From positions 59,086,001 through 59,150,000 of the forward strand of contig OZ024740.1 of assembly GCA_964016885.1 (NCBI GenBank): DNA of 64,000 nucleotides, written 5' to 3'. The position numbers and the translations under genes are program-made. The notes beneath the pieces are model-generated. The model was not told where the DNA came from and ran no database searches. It saw only the letters and a program-made list of their open reading frames with translations. The DNA is from Eledone cirrhosa. Lineage: Eukaryota. Positions 40,510 through 54,269 of this stretch are shown here, piece after piece (position 1 is the first letter of the stretch; each line of letters starts with the position of its first letter).

Positions 40510-43087
40510 TTACAGGCACATACTCAGAGTAGGCCCATTCACATGGGCCATTCTTGCCTCTCTCACCCATCTTTCAACAAAATGCTGGGAAGAGAGCACT
40601 TCCCTCTCTACCCTGATTTTCCTTTTCAAATGAAATTTGAAAAAGTCAATCAGGGCATCACCGAGGAGGTAAGTGCTCTTCTTCAGCCCTTTCAAACACA
40701 TCCACCATACTATCTCTTTCGCCATGGCCATCAGACAGATAAAAACTGCCTGCCCTTCCCAGCTAAAGGAAGAGGGCGGGGCAATCCTCTTGATGGATTC
40801 AGCTGATAGCCGGATCTGTCCTACATGCGACAGCAGGTGTTCGACATAAACCCACAAGTTAGCAATGCTCGGACACTGGACAAGTGCGTGCAGGACAGTT
40901 TTGTCGCTCCGCATGCATCTCGAACATGCCTGGCTGACGGCACTTCCATTCCTGTAGAGTTTATCCCGAACTGGCAAAGCTCCTGGGTAGCACTGCCAGG
41001 CCAGGGATTTCTGGAAGTTGTCCATAGACCCCGGCCCGAAAGTTCTTCTGAAGTGATTGGCTAGTAGATTTTCGTCGACGCCTAGATTTCCCCAAGTACG
41101 TCGTCGTTCTTCCCCTCCACTAATCCTCTATAGAACGCCAAGGTGGAGTTTCCACCGATCACATTGCCCGACTGGTCGAGGGCTGTGAGCACCTGAAGAC
41201 ATTCCAGTCTCCAAGCGCTCCCTCTCGGTCTTCGCTTGACCAAGGACTACAGCTCCATCAAGGAGACGAGCTGGGGAAAGACGCGTCTAGCAAACGGTGA
41301 CCACACCGGTGATTAGCGTCGAGGAAGATGTGGAGATGTCGTAGCCTGAGCGCGTGTCTGCGCATCATCAGCCACGTCATGTCCAGCCCTCCACGTAGCG
41401 GGTGTTGACTGCAGATGGACTGCCTGACCATCGGAGCACGTCCTTTCCACCAAAAGTGAAGGAGCAAACGCTCCAGCGCAGTCAGGCGGGGCTTAGGACA
41501 AGGCATGATGAACACGATGTACGCATTTGCCACCTCTGCTCAACCTTTCAGAGATAGCTTCCTCTCTGCCCATTTCTGGGTGAGAGAAGCCACCCTGCTG
41601 ATCACTTCGTCCCAGTTTTTGTCCGTCTAGAGATCTGGACCGAACCAAACCCCTAGCAATTTAACCGGTCTGTCCGTCCAGCGCCCACCGATGCTGTTGG
41701 ACGGCATAGACCTGCCTTTCCAGGAGCTGAGCTGCAGGCCCACAGACTTTCCCTGGTTGATCATTGCTCCTGTCACCGCCTCATATTCTCTTAGTGTAGT
41801 TCCAATCACCTCGATGTGTTTGGCATTTGACACTACTATGGCGACATCGTCTGCATATGCTGACACGGAACTTCTGCATCACAGTTCACTTGAGACCACC
41901 CCTCAATGTCTCCAGTTTGTGTAGTAATGGCTCGAGAGTCAATACATACAAGAGGGACGAGAGAGGAGATCCTTGGCGGTCCGAGCGCATGATGTTGAAC
42001 AGTTCCGAAAGGTGACCGTTCACTCTCACCACAGAGCAGATGTCGCTGTGCATGGCAGCGATCCAGCCTGTGAAGACGGGCCCAAAGCCAGCCACCCTCA
42101 GGACTGCCTGGTCAACCCTATCGAATGGTCAACCCTATCGAAAGCTTTCGACTGATCTAATTGATCAAGGACCCACCCGTGCCAGGTTCCCTAGCTACCC
42201 TCTCCACAATGTATCGAATGAGGTGGAGGTTTTCATGGATGGATCTGTCTGGAATGGCGCATGTCTGCACCTCTCCCACCAGACCACCAACGACAAGCGC
42301 CAACCTCTTTGCTAGCACCTTGGCCAAAATCTTGGCGTTTAGCTTCCAGTAGCCGGGTCCCTGTCTATGAAGCCTATCTAAGTCAACCACACAGATCACG
42401 AATTTGTGGTCCATGTAGTCGACTATCTTGAATTGTGGACAGCCTATGCTAGACCTATCTATTTCCCTACAAAATACCCTATCTAGATATGATCTGGATG
42501 ACCCGATGCGGTTTGTCCATGTCCACATTGGCACATTCAGGAAATCCAGACAATACCTGTCAAAGAGTTGAAAACGTCTGAGTAGGTTTGCGAGGATTTT
42601 ACATCCTCCTCCCCTATCCGCTAATCCCACCCAGTCCCAGCGTGCATCTAAGATCCCATTCCAGTCGCCCACTAAAACTAAAGAGCGGGACGTTGCAAGA
42701 AAGGTCTCCAGACGCCGAAAGAAATCAGGCTCCCCTGCTCCTGTTGGGGCATAGACAGCCACTAGCCTGAAAGCTTGCCCATCTCCGCTGGTCATATCCA
42801 GCACCACCAACTTACCCTCTGGGTCCAGGAAGATGGCTCGTAAGGCGAGATCCAAACCTCTCCGAAAAAACACAGCAACTCCTCCCCTCGATCCTGGACG
42901 ACTCGGAGATGCGTACAGATCGTAGCTGCCGAAGATTGGTGTGAAGGCTTGTCCTTTGGAGATTATGGTCTCGCTGATGGCCACCACATCTATGTTTAGT
43001 GACCTGAGGTCGTTGAGCATGTGGCCCTGCTTCCATGACGACCCCAGGCCACGCGCATTTATGCTGCCTATTCTGAGTGAGGTCATG
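40510..43087 (-). pseudogene. Tx1 ORF2 (APE endonuclease, RT, C-terminal CCHC), frameshifted, with internal deletion
   Basis: SINARGL, ISET, VYAP, LVGDWN, SYLDRVF, DHKFV, GYWKLN; KILAKVLAKRL, KAFD, RQGSPLS, AYADD, LLGVWF; CSRC...HALVQC. Confidence 0.92.
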
Positions 43088-43122
43088 TTGAAAAAGGAGT
43101 GGAAAAAGATGGGAAAGACCAC

Positions 43123-45015
43123 TTACCTCATTTCTTGTGGAGGAAGGATGGTTTTTCCATCTTTCTCACTGTTTGTGGCCCCCTGCGGAAGGATATCTTT
43201 ATAAATCCTTCTGGAAAGTGTTTGTCGGAAGTCTCCGATGTCCTTGGGGAATTTTAATTTTAGTGCCGTGTATGTTTTCTGTGTGATGCGAGTGATTTGT
43301 ATGTGTGGGGGTGGTGTGAATTTTTGGGGTGTTGTATAGTCTTTTTCTGTCATGCTGGTGTTGTGTTGGATGTAGTGTAATAATTGGTTGTTGTTCAAAT
43401 GTAATGTTGTGTAGTGTGTATCGTTTTGGTTGCTTTGTTTTGTTTGCATTTGTTGTGGGTTTGTTTCTGTTTCGCTGGTTGGTGATTTTTGTGGTGTTTG
43501 TGCTGATGGTGTTGGGGTTGATGATGGTGATGGTGTTGGTGTTTGTGGTGATGGGGCTAGTGATGCTGGTGTGGGTGGTGGCATAGCTGTCTTAACTTTT
43601 TTGTTAGTTTGTTTGTTTGTTTCACCCTGCATTTTGTTTTTGGAGGGCGAAGGAAGGGTTTTTTTTCTTTTTGGGGTTCCTCTTTTTTTTCTTTTTTCCA
43701 GATACAGTTTCCCACTCCTCCTCATCGTCACAGTCTGTCTCCAGTTGTGACAGGTCGGGGAGTGGAAAATCCTCCACAGGCGTTGGTTTTGGTTGTGGCG
43801 TGGTGGATGGTGGAGGCGCTGGTGCTAATTCTGGTGTGGTGGGTGGTGGTGATGCTGGTTTTGCTACTGTGCTGCTACAGTTGCTTCTGTTGTTGCTGTT
43901 ACAGTTGTTGCTGCCATTTCTGCTGCTGGTTTTGATGGTTGAGTCACTGAGGTGGGTAGGAGAGGTTGCCTCAACTTTTTAGCCCGAGGGCAGAAAGCCT
44001 TTAGGTGGGTTCCTTCGCCACAAACGACACACCTAGGCCTTCTACCCTCAATGATTACGGTGAGGTGGCTGCTGTCATTGAGGTCTATCACCTCTGGAAT
44101 TTCTTGTATGTTTTTTGGTCCGCTTGGATCAGGAGCTCCATCCCAGATCTGAACCAGTTCTCCTGCTTTACTTTTATCACCTTAATTACTTTAGTGTTGG
44201 CCTCGATGTCGGCGAGGACGGCAGCCATTAGCCAGGGAATTTCAATGACCGGTGGAACCTGGGTCATCCTGTTCCTCACGAGCCTCTCACCACAATAGCT
44301 TGGGATGAGTGTGAACTCATCACTTTTTAATGGGGCCAGGGAGTGCTCTCTAGCTTCCTGTGGGGTTCCAGAGAACACATCCACGGTTCCATATTTCTGC
44401 CCACGTCTGATGTGGTTTTTTTGCGCCTACACATGTCCCAAAGCTTTTTGTATCTGGGACTTGAATGTCCGTTCCACTCGGCGTGATTTTGTGTTTATCG
44501 TCTGATATGACATGGTGCATAGGCGCCGATGCTCCATTTTATTAGATGGGGGGGGGGGGGCTGACCCTGTACCCATCTTTTTTTACCATTTGCTTGGCTT
44601 CATTCATTTCATCCTGGCTTACCTCGACTGTCTCGTTTTTCTGGGCCGCTTTAGCAAACGACACATTTTGTTTTGCGCTGGTGTTGATGTTGTTGTTGTT
44701 ATTCTCATTGTTGTTGTTGCTGTTGTTGTTATTGTTATTTTTTGTTATTATTATTTTAGTTTCAGTTGTGGTGGTGGTGGTGGTGGTGGTGTCAGTGGTG
44801 TTCGGCATGGAAGAGTCGATTCTGGGTGAATCCATGTCGATGTCACGAGATAATAATTTATTTTTTGTTTCTGTTGTCACTGTGGTGCTGGTGATGGTGG
44901 TGGTGGTGATATCAGTGGTGTTGGTTGTTCTTTTTGACATTGTGGTGGTGGGGGTGGCGGCTTTAACACCTGTAGTTATTGGTAATGGCGGGAAATCCAC
45001 GTCTGCATGTGACAA
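43123..45015 (-). pseudogene. Tx1 ORF1 (gag-like), broken into several frames
   Basis: DFPPLP and SFAKAA motifs, Thr/Asn-rich N-terminus, CVVCGEGTHLKAFC knuckle, Lys/Pro-rich C-terminus. Confidence 0.8.
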
Positions 45016-45351
45016 ATTTAAATAATTGCCATTGCTATTGCTATATTTTCAGTGTTGGCAGCCATAGCAAGGTTTTCAATGGTGGTGGCTGTCAACTTTG
45101 GGTAGCTGAAAGCCATCTATATTTTTTTTCAAAGGAATTTTTGTTTGATAAATATAAAAGTTTAAATTTGGGGCTCAAGGCTCCAATATTATTGAGTGTC
45201 CTTTTCAGAAAGCAATGTATATGAACTTATAAACACTTAACAACAAAAATGTTCCATAACTGGTAATTTGAAACAACTGAAAATTTGAAACAACTGAAAA
45301 CAACAAACCTTTATGGAGCTCACGTTAATACGATTTCCTACATTGGTCGCC

Positions 45352-45383
<32 letters not shown>

Positions 45384-45805
45384 AATTATTGTGTACAGTG
45401 CTCAAGTGCACTACAACTCATCAAAGGTGCATGTATAGTACATAGAATAATGTTCAAATATCAGGAAAATGAACAGTGTATGAGTCATGAAATACATGTG
45501 TGCATGTGTATGGAGGATGGATATCAGGTGTAGTGTTGGTGAATTTCAGGAAGCATGGAGGCTTTAAAGGATGCAGTATCTCGACAGCTAACAACTGATG
45601 CAGGTAGTTTGTTCCATGCTTCAGCAACTCTGAGCGTAAAAAAATGTTTCCGAAAGTCATAGGAGCTGTGTTGTTTTCTGACTTTGTAGGCATGCCCACG
45701 TGTGTTAGACACATGGAAATTAAAATATGCTCAGGGTTGTTGTTGGCAAGATGGTTAATAATTTTGTGGGTGTTTACCAAGTCAGTTGCCAGATGTCGGA
45801 GCTAT
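45352..45805 (-). mobile_element. CR1-clade LINE 3' fragment with (ATT)n tail
   Basis: TRGHAYKVRKQHS..RKHFFTLRVAEAWNKLP..VV....SFK is the typical CR1 ORF2 C-terminus. Confidence 0.88.
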
Positions 45806-46136
45806 TGTGGTAAATAGCTGAAAGATTAGTAATAAATAGACAAAGAGTTAAAAGCTATCATGAAAAATATAGCTGAGATATTAGTAATAGGTGGATGTAA
45901 TGTTGAGAAAGAGAGAGATAGGAACATAAAAACCATGATCTTGGCTTTAAGATTTGAAGTCCTCCATTGTCATAGGCAGATTGAATATTTTTACTAGTGT
46001 GAGGGAAAAGAGGAAGGAGAGAAAGAGATAAAGAGTCAGTGCATCACTCCACACATTGTGATGAATGATGATGATGATGAAGAGAGAGAGAGAGAGACAA
46101 GTTTGCGAGGTGGATTTTGTAAAAGAAAAACATTGT

Positions 46137-46277
46137 AATAATAATAATTGTTTCTACTTTAGGCACAAAGCCAGCAATTACCCAGTACATTACTGGTACT
46201 TTATTTTATCGACCCCGTAAGGATGAAAGGCAAAGTTAACCTCGGCAGGATTTGAACTCAGACTGTAAAGGGACATA
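46137..46277 (-). mobile_element. SINE family A, head truncated
   Basis: Same tail and core as 33134. Confidence 0.8.
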
Positions 46278-46899
46278 AAAAGAGATAGGTGTATATATAT
46301 ATATATATATATAAACTATAATAAAGGAAGGTCTGCGGGACTGCGTATGGTTTATTTCTTTTAATCCAGTTAGTAAAATAAGTTGGATTACTTTGAATAA
46401 ATAAGGAATGAATATTACATAATTTATATACTCAATTTCGTAAACAAAAATAATTTCATAAAAATAAATAATTTCAAATTGACTTCTTACACTTCCGGTA
46501 TATCGGCGCCACAACCACCACTTCAACTACCATATATATAGAAAGAGAGAGTGTGTGATGAGAGAGATAGAGAGATTATGATTTTCTACACGCTGAAGCG
46601 TATGAGTGTGCACATACATACATCTATATGTATGAGTATATAACTATTATGAGTATATAATTATAATCGCACAAACACAAACTTATAAAAATACACTCTC
46701 GCGGACATAATTCACACAAATACACATACATTCACACATACTTTCACACAAACATACATACATACACACATATACTTTTACACAAACACACACATACAGT
46801 CATGATAGCGTTCAGTGAAGTGGAAATGGAAGGGTAAAACAAGTATAACATTTTATTTATTTATTAACTCTTTTTTTTTAAAACTCATTTAATATAATG

Positions 46900-47545
46900 G
46901 TTACAGAACGAAAACACTAACAAATATAATATATACAAAGGAAAAGGAAAGGAAAAAAAAGAAAGAGAAAAAATACAGAAGCAGGTAATACACACATCTT
47001 AGACCACATAGAACAAAATGCAGATGAAAGGGGGTGGAAAAACGAGCGACTACCAGAGCAAAAGATAACAATATAGCGGGGAGCACTGAGAAACCTCTCT
47101 AATAATTTTTGAGGCAAGTCATCATGCTCGCAGCGTTACCTGTGGTGATGGCAAGGCTGAGGTGCTGGAACAACCAAGTGCCCTCACGAGCATCACCAGT
47201 TACCTTTGTTTGGTGAGCCGCCAGTGAAGATAAGAACCTCTCTGTCGGTAGCCCAACTCCCCCAAACATCTCGAACGCCACAGGCTGGATAATATAGTTA
47301 GCTGACACAGTATTTTAGGATTTTGTTCCATTCAGCTGCAGATGCTGTAGCTCTCGCCCTTACCGCTGCATCCAGGATATGGGAAGAAGCAAAAGAGTCA
47401 ATAACTATGACGTCCCAGGTAATGCACCTGCCTCTTGACCAGGAGCACAGAGTAAGACCGTCAAGTCTTTTCCCATCAATTCAGGACAACCCAGACGGTT
47501 ACAAAATTGAGGGCATGTTCGCCCGGGTCAAAACTCTTGAGTGTT
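46900..47545 (-). mobile_element. 5'-truncated CRE-clade non-LTR element (restriction-like endonuclease domain)
   Basis: Hand translation PSGLS*IDGKRLDGLTLCSWSRGRCITWDV...AAEWNKILKY, then QPVAFEMFGGVG...WLFQHLSLAITTGNAAS. Confidence 0.8.
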
Positions 47546-47724
47546 AATAGGACAGTGTATGTATGTGCGCATGTGTGAGTTTGTCAGCGTTCTTAAATTA
47601 GAGACACGTGTGTTTGTGTGTGACTGTTTTTAAGTTAGACATATATATGTGTGTATCCCTTTCCTTCCTTTTACACACACATACATTCACACAAGCACAC
47701 ATACACATTGCGGGATGGATGGGT

Positions 47725-48392
47725 GGACAGAAGTCCCTCAAATTTATATACATGTGAATGGAGTTCTACTGAAACAGTTAGAGAAGTTCAAGTATCTTGC
47801 AGCCGTGTTCATGTGTGATGGAATGCAGGAGACTGAATTAATTGCAAGAATTGCAAAAGCTGATGCAGTAAAGCGCCAGCCTCAGCAATCAGATGAAGCG
47901 TGGTAGGTGTAAAAGCCAAACTCGCTGTCTTCCTGGTATTCCTGCCAACTCTTACTGAGGATCATGAATCTTGAGTAATGACCAAAAGAATACAATTGCA
48001 AATAAAAGCGGCAGTAATGGGATTCCCCCAAAGGGTCTTTGGAGTAACGTTACTCGATAGAGTGCATAGCTCAGAGACCAGAGTGTCACTCCTGGTAAAG
48101 CCTCTACTTCTCCGAATTGAAAGATAACAACTCCGATATTATGAGCATGTGGTTAGAATGTCTCAGTAAAGAATTGCTGGACACATTTTACAGGCAAAAC
48201 CAACCGGCAAGAGACCCAGAGGTAGACCCTGAGCAAGATAGTTGGATAACATCCATGAGCTTGGCTGGTGATGCTTTGGGATCCAGCTGGACCAGTTAGA
48301 GATGTTTGCTACTGACAGACTCGCTGGAAGGAGTGTTTGAGAAGGACTCTGCCCCCACGACCCTCTCAGAAATAAGTGGGTGAAGAAGAAGA
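47725..48392 (+). mobile_element. RTE (Expander/Rex3-like) 3' fragment
   Basis: LKQLEKFKYL...IARIAKA; later GKRPRGRP; (GAA)n tail. Confidence 0.8.
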
Positions 48393-48614
48393 TATTGTCA
48401 ATTAACTTTTCAATTTACATATATCTATATACATATATATTTGTGCATAATACCAATATGCACACTACATATGCTATCAGAAAACCGCCCGAAGGCGTAT
48501 ATAGTAATGATAATAAATGTGAAGACTAAAATCTGAAGAGGGCTCAATAACGATTATGTAGATATAATATATATATATATTATAGAGCAAATATTTATTA
48601 TAAGAACAGATTAA

Positions 48615-48665
48615 AGTTTTAGCAAAGAATCGCTGCTTTCACCCTTAACAGGATCTTCTGAAACT
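48615..48665 (-). ncRNA. Type I hammerhead-like motif with one core mutation
   Basis: Minus: AGUUU-CAGAAGA-UCCU GUUA AGGG U-GAAA GCA(GCGAUUCUU)UGC UA-AAACU; stems I-III pair, U4 is changed to A. Confidence 0.55.
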
Positions 48666-48680
48666 ATATATATATATATA

Positions 48681-48795
48681 CCTAGTGGTTAGAGCATTGG
48701 GCTTGCAATTGAGAGGTTATGAGTTCGATTCTCAGACCGAGTTATGCGTTGTGTCCTTGAGCAAGACACTTTATTTCATGCTGCTCCAGTTTACT
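48681..48795 (+). mobile_element. SINE family B head fragment
   Basis: TAGTGGTTAGAGC...GAGTTCGATTC...CCTTGAGCAAGACACTT. Confidence 0.8.
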
Positions 48796-51129
48796 TATAC
48801 TATTTCAAATGATTAAAGATATGAACCAAACAGGACAATGGTTTTGACTTAATGCATAACAAATCCTGTGGCTAAATTTGAACTCATGACCTATAATATT
48901 ACTTTAATCATTGTAGCTACTAAACTTATATTTCAGATAGTCTAGTTTCTTTTAATTTCATTATTGATTTCCCATAACTTCTAAAATGAATTGCTAAAAG
49001 CCATCTCCAGTATGTCATTTCTGCTTATTGTTATGGTGATCAGATTGGCTTTGATTTACAGCAACCCTCTCTCCTTCCTTTATAAGGATTAAAATACCTT
49101 TTTATTATTATAGAAGTTTTGGTAAGGTACTTCAAGGATTTAAACAATTTGTTATTTTTAAAAAAAAGGTAATGTCCATACTGATTTTAACCCTTTCACT
49201 ACCATATTTCCAATGTAAGACACTATTTGTTTCAATTAATTTTGAAAATAAAATATTTGGAATTTGATAAGATAACTAACTTTTTCATGATCAATTTGAA
49301 GTATGGAACATAAAAAGTCCCTACATAAAATTATGATGGAAAACATTAAAATGAACAGTTTTATAATATAGAACTAGGGGCAGTTTTGTGTGGGTTGGTA
49401 TTACAAGGTTTAAAGCTCTCTTAAACTGGGGATTATCATTACTAAACAAGGTTTGTGGATTGAATTGCTAGTTTAGTAGTAAAGACTAATCTAAGAATTA
49501 TGTATAACACTTCTCCAGCTCTTAATACCTTATAATGAAAATGCCTATAAATGGATTTGTTAATTTAAATGAGTATAGTAGCTTTACTAGTGAACAGATT
49601 GTTATGAAAATTAGCAGTAAACTAAAGACAATAATTTTTAATGTGATGCAACCATAATGCTATTTTGTACTTTTCAAGAATAGTTTGCTTATGTGGTCTG
49701 ATGTGGTACAAGATCTTAAGAATTAAAAATGCAGAGAAGGCATTGTAAAAAAAGTGAAATTATGTATAAACACACTTAGAACTCTTACAAGTGCCACATT
49801 TTGGTCAACATAAAAAAACACTAGTCTAGAAATAATTGTTTCTTCTTTTGGCACAAGGCGAGCAATTATCCCAGTGCATTACTGGTACTTTATTTCATCG
49901 ACTCTTTATTTTTTCTAGTTTAGAAATAATACAGTAGATTCATCATTGATTGTGTCAGCCCTACTCTGTCCATAATCTCTCTATAATAAACTACCAAGGA
50001 CACAAAACAATATACTTTGTTTTCATCATAGCTTATAGGTAGATCACAACAGAAACACATATGCAATGAAACAGATATGCTCAAAATAAAAGACCAACTG
50101 GACATGTGAAAGGTGGGTTTTTTACTCTTTCAAGCTCCAACATTTAACATCGCTGTCACTACGGTTCCATTCATCTTGAGTGAAGTTAATTTTTAGAATT
50201 TTTAGCGAAACATTAAGAGCGAACGGTAATTTCAGCGAAGATTAATTTTAAGTGAAATATATACTATAGTATATTTGGCCTACAAAGGACAAAATATTTT
50301 GGAATTTGTACAGGAGAACCTTCACAAAAGAAGAGAAAATACGTGAACTTAGAAAAAAGAATTAAAAAGATTTAGAAATTACAGATTATCTTAAACACCT
50401 TGCCTACAACTTTACTTTTCGAATTTTTATTCTTTCTAGAATAAATTTTTTGATTTTAAATATTGTGAATTTTTAGTTCTTTCTATTATAAAATGTGTTG
50501 ATTCTTAATCATTTTTTTATTTACCCTTGTGAAGGTATAATTATTTGTACAAAAAAATTGTAGATTTCTAGTATTTTCTTTTTTCACCAACTTCCCTCAA
50601 AGTTTAAAAAAACTGTTTGAAGTTCGCTCAAAATGCAAATAATTTTATCTTCGCTCCAACAACTGGATGCAGTCATTGCATGTACAAACATATACATTAT
50701 ATAACACCACCATGAAAACATTAACTCTCCTACTTAATTACTTTGTTTTTTTTAATTTACTAACTCCAAGCAAGGTAATAAAGCCACTAAAATGTATGGG
50801 GTTACTGGGAAGGGAAAAGGACAAGACAGAGAACATAATTCAATAAGAGATATGACGATTGATGTTGCTTTTGAATTTTTGCAAATTGTATTGGTCAGGA
50901 AAGCAAGAAGCTGCAAGAGAATTCCATAGGTGAGATTTCTCAGAATAGTATTTGCAATTACATTTAGTTAATACAAAGATAAAAACAAACAAATGTTGAT
51001 GTGTCAACCTTAGTAACCCCAAATACTGCTAAAAGGTTCAGTCATCACCATTGCCATCATTTTACATCTGATTTTCTATGCAGGCATGGAATGGAAGGGG
51101 TCAGTACAGACCAAGTTAAGTCAGCAGTT

Positions 51130-53152
51130 GTATAGTAAGTAAGGCAATCAAGGATATGAAGTCAGGCAAGGCAGCTAGACCCTCAGGGATAGTATCAGGT
51201 ATGGTGGGCCACACTATAGTCTCCCACATTTGTAAACCAAGTAATACAAAATGGTGTCATACCCAATGACTAGTGTAGCATCACCCTTGTAAACGGCTAC
51301 AAGGGCAAAGGTGATACTCTAGATAGAGAAAACTATAGAGGCCTTAAGCTGGTTGACCAGGTTAAGAAGGTCACTGAAAGAGTCATAACTCAGCTGACTA
51401 GGGAATGAGTTAACCTAGATGAAATGCAGTGTGGATTTGTACCAGGTAAAAGTACCACAGATGCCCTCTTCCTTGTAAGATAACTGCAGGAGAAGTACTC
51501 AGGTAAGAGTAAACTCCTCTACTTGGCTTTTATAGACCTGGAAAAAGCTTTTGACAGAGTACTCTGTTCCATTATTTGGTGGGCTCTTAGAAAACTCGGA
51601 TTAGACAAGTGGCTTGTGAGGGCAGTACAAGCTATGTATAGAGGAACAGTCAGCAAGGTCAGAATTAACAATGACTATAGCAAAGAATTTAGTGTGCAGG
51701 TTGGTGTCCACCAGGGCTCAGTTCTTAGCCCTCTCCTGTTTATTATCATCCTGCAGGCAATAATGGAGGAGTTTAAGACTGGCTGCCCATGGGAACTCCT
51801 GTATGCAGATGACCTAACCCTTATAGCTGAATTAGAGATGATATTCTAAACCAGGAAGCATGGCCTAGATTCAAAAGGTCTCAAAGTTAACTTGGCAAAG
51901 ACTAAATTTCTAGTAAGTAGAAAAGAAAATAGGGCCCCGATCTCAGGGAAATGGCCATGCCCAGTGTGCAGAAAAAGAGCAGGTAGAATTTCCATCCTAT
52001 GTCCCAAATGCAAACTATGCATACACAAGAGATGTAGTAGGATCTCAGGCAGGCTAACAAAGAACATAGGTTTTACATGTGGCAAGAGTTCTCAGGATAC
52101 AATCTCCTTCAAATTGCTAGAGGGCTCTGTAGAAGTGGTAGATAGTTTCTGTTACCTGGGTGACTTAATCAGCAGTGGAGGGGAGTGTTCCGAAAGCACA
52201 ATAACCAGAGTGGGATTAGATTGGAGAAAGTTCAGAGAACTACTACAAAAGTTCTTTTTCCTTAAAATGAAAAGCAGACTGTATGATGCATATTTAGGAA
52301 CAACAATGTTGCATAGCAACCTAGGCACTGTGTGCAGAGGACCTGTGAAGATTGGAAAGAAATGTAGCCTCCATGCTTCGAAGGATGTGTTATAGTAATA
52401 TACATGAACAGCAAAGCATAAACAAACTCCAACAGAAATTAGGCATAAGAGAGATTAGATGCAGTGTGCAGGATAGGAGATTGCGTTGGTATGGACATGT
52501 GATGTGTATGAATGATGACAGCTGTATAAAAAGGTGCAGAGCGCTCAAAGTTGATGGTAGCAATGGAGTGAGCAGGCCTAGGCATACTTGCAATGAAGTA
52601 ATAAAAGCTGACTTTGCACAATTACACCTCGCTAAGACGATGACACAGGACCATGATCTTTAGCGCTATGCTGTATTACAGAAGACCCACCCTCCCATAT
52701 GCTCAAGCTAAGGCATATATCTAGTATGCACCACCTTCCCCTACCATCTCCCCTCCCATATACCTTCCTAGCTGTAATCATCCCACCATTCTACCCCTTC
52801 CATACAATCCCATGCCCAACACGCACTTCTGCCCACACCACCCTTACACTGTAAATATATATTGGTATCACAACAAAAAAGCACCCAGTCCACACTATAA
52901 AGTGGTCATGTGGGTATCATGACAAAAAGCACCCAGCACACATTGTAAAGTGGTTATGCAGGAGTCACAACAAAAATCACCCAGTATACACTGTAAATGT
53001 GGTTGGCGTTAGGAAGGGCATCCAGACGTAGAAACCACGCCAAAATCAGTTCTGTATGAAACACAGTCCTCCAACCTGATCTCTCACAAAGGAACAGCTC
53101 GTCCGACCCATGCTAGCATGAAAAATGGACATTAAACAATGGTGATGATGAT
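51130..53152 (+). mobile_element. Degenerate 5'-truncated RTE LINE with ~49-bp tandem repeats in the 3'UTR
   Basis: FIDLEKAFD, GVHQGSVLSPLLF, LYADD, CPVC..CPKC..HKRC, RLRWYGHV; AAAAAGCACCCAG...CTGTAAAGTGG three times; (GAT)n tail. Confidence 0.92.
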
Positions 53153-54034
53153 ACTGTCATTCTATACAAGTTAGGGGACCACATCTTGCCTAGGTATGTT
53201 TTATTTTGGTCTGGCTTCCTAATGCCAACCTCTGTACAGAATATATTAGATGCATTTTACCATGGCACCCATAGTCATTGACACAGTTGCAAAAATGCAG
53301 ATGAATAACTATTGCACTCCAATTTGAGTACAACATGCTCCTCTCCACAGTTGTGTCAAAGGCACCTCTCTAGTGTTGCTGATCTACACCATAATTGCAC
53401 TCAGTTCACTCTGTAAAGCAGTTGGTGATAGGAAGGGTATCGAGCAATAGAAAACCAGCCATACAAAGAGTTGGGAAGACTCTTCAACTGTTTCAAAGAA
53501 ATGATAAGCTGCTAAGTGCTAATGCCATGATAAACTGAACATGCTAAAGTATGGAAATATATGTAAGCAAGACGTATGACCCCAGAACTGCCTTGGTCTG
53601 TGAAGACCCATCCAACCCATGCTAGGGGAAAAGAATGTCAAATGATGAAGACTCATCCAACCATTGTTAGCAGGAAAAACAGACTTTAACTAATGATGAT
53701 TCAGAATAGATGCATATATGGTAGCATATAAAATATATTTATGAATAATAAACATACAGAAGTCTCACTGTAAGTATTTTAAGCTGTGCTCAGTAAACAT
53801 GTGAGAATGTCAAATACTATAGTATTTTAGGACTTATCAATACGGTGATGAAAAGATTAAAGGAAACTATAAATATAATTTTCAAAAGTGTTTGTATGAA
53901 GCATGTTAGTTATAAATAATGCTATTTGTAAACAAAATGATTTGCCATCCTGAAAATATATAAAGCAAAATAACACAAATATATAGCACTAGAAAGGCTT
54001 ATAAAACAAGCATTTTAAGGCCATTTTCCCTGCT

Positions 54035-54262
54035 AACCCTATAGCATTTAAACCGGCCATATCCGGCCAGAATTTTCTCACCTCTTTCTGATCAAACTGG
54101 CTGTAAACAGTCACACATACTCATGTTAAGGTATTGTTATCAAAATAAACAGTATAAAAATTTCGTAGATTTGATATTATGCGAGATAATTATGTGAAAT
54201 AAAGCCTTTACCGTGAAAATACAATAGTATATATAGAGTAATGTAAATGCTAAAGAGCTAAA
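54035..54262. mobile_element. piggyBac-type MITE
   Basis: TAA-CCCTATAGCATTTAAACCGGCC...AATGCTAAAGAG-CTAA. Confidence 0.75.
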
Positions 54263-54269
54263 GCAGAGG

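Larger units (their letters stand above)
40247..45351 (-). mobile_element. Tx1/L1-clade non-LTR retrotransposon, apparently both ends present, decayed
   Basis: ORF1 fragments with CCHC knuckle; ORF2 APE-RT-CCHC; AATAAAG near the 3' end; (AAT)n on both sides. Confidence 0.9.

Noticed and set aside
43329-45025. Hydrophobic plus-strand ORFs
   Set aside because: Antisense shadows of the low-complexity Tx1 ORF1
46290-48505. Helitron-like ends (TA-rich start; CGCC-CGAA-GGCG hairpin)
   Set aside because: No CTRR terminus and no second copy
50155-50680. Possible old MITE with imperfect TIRs
   Set aside because: Terminal match too degenerate to support
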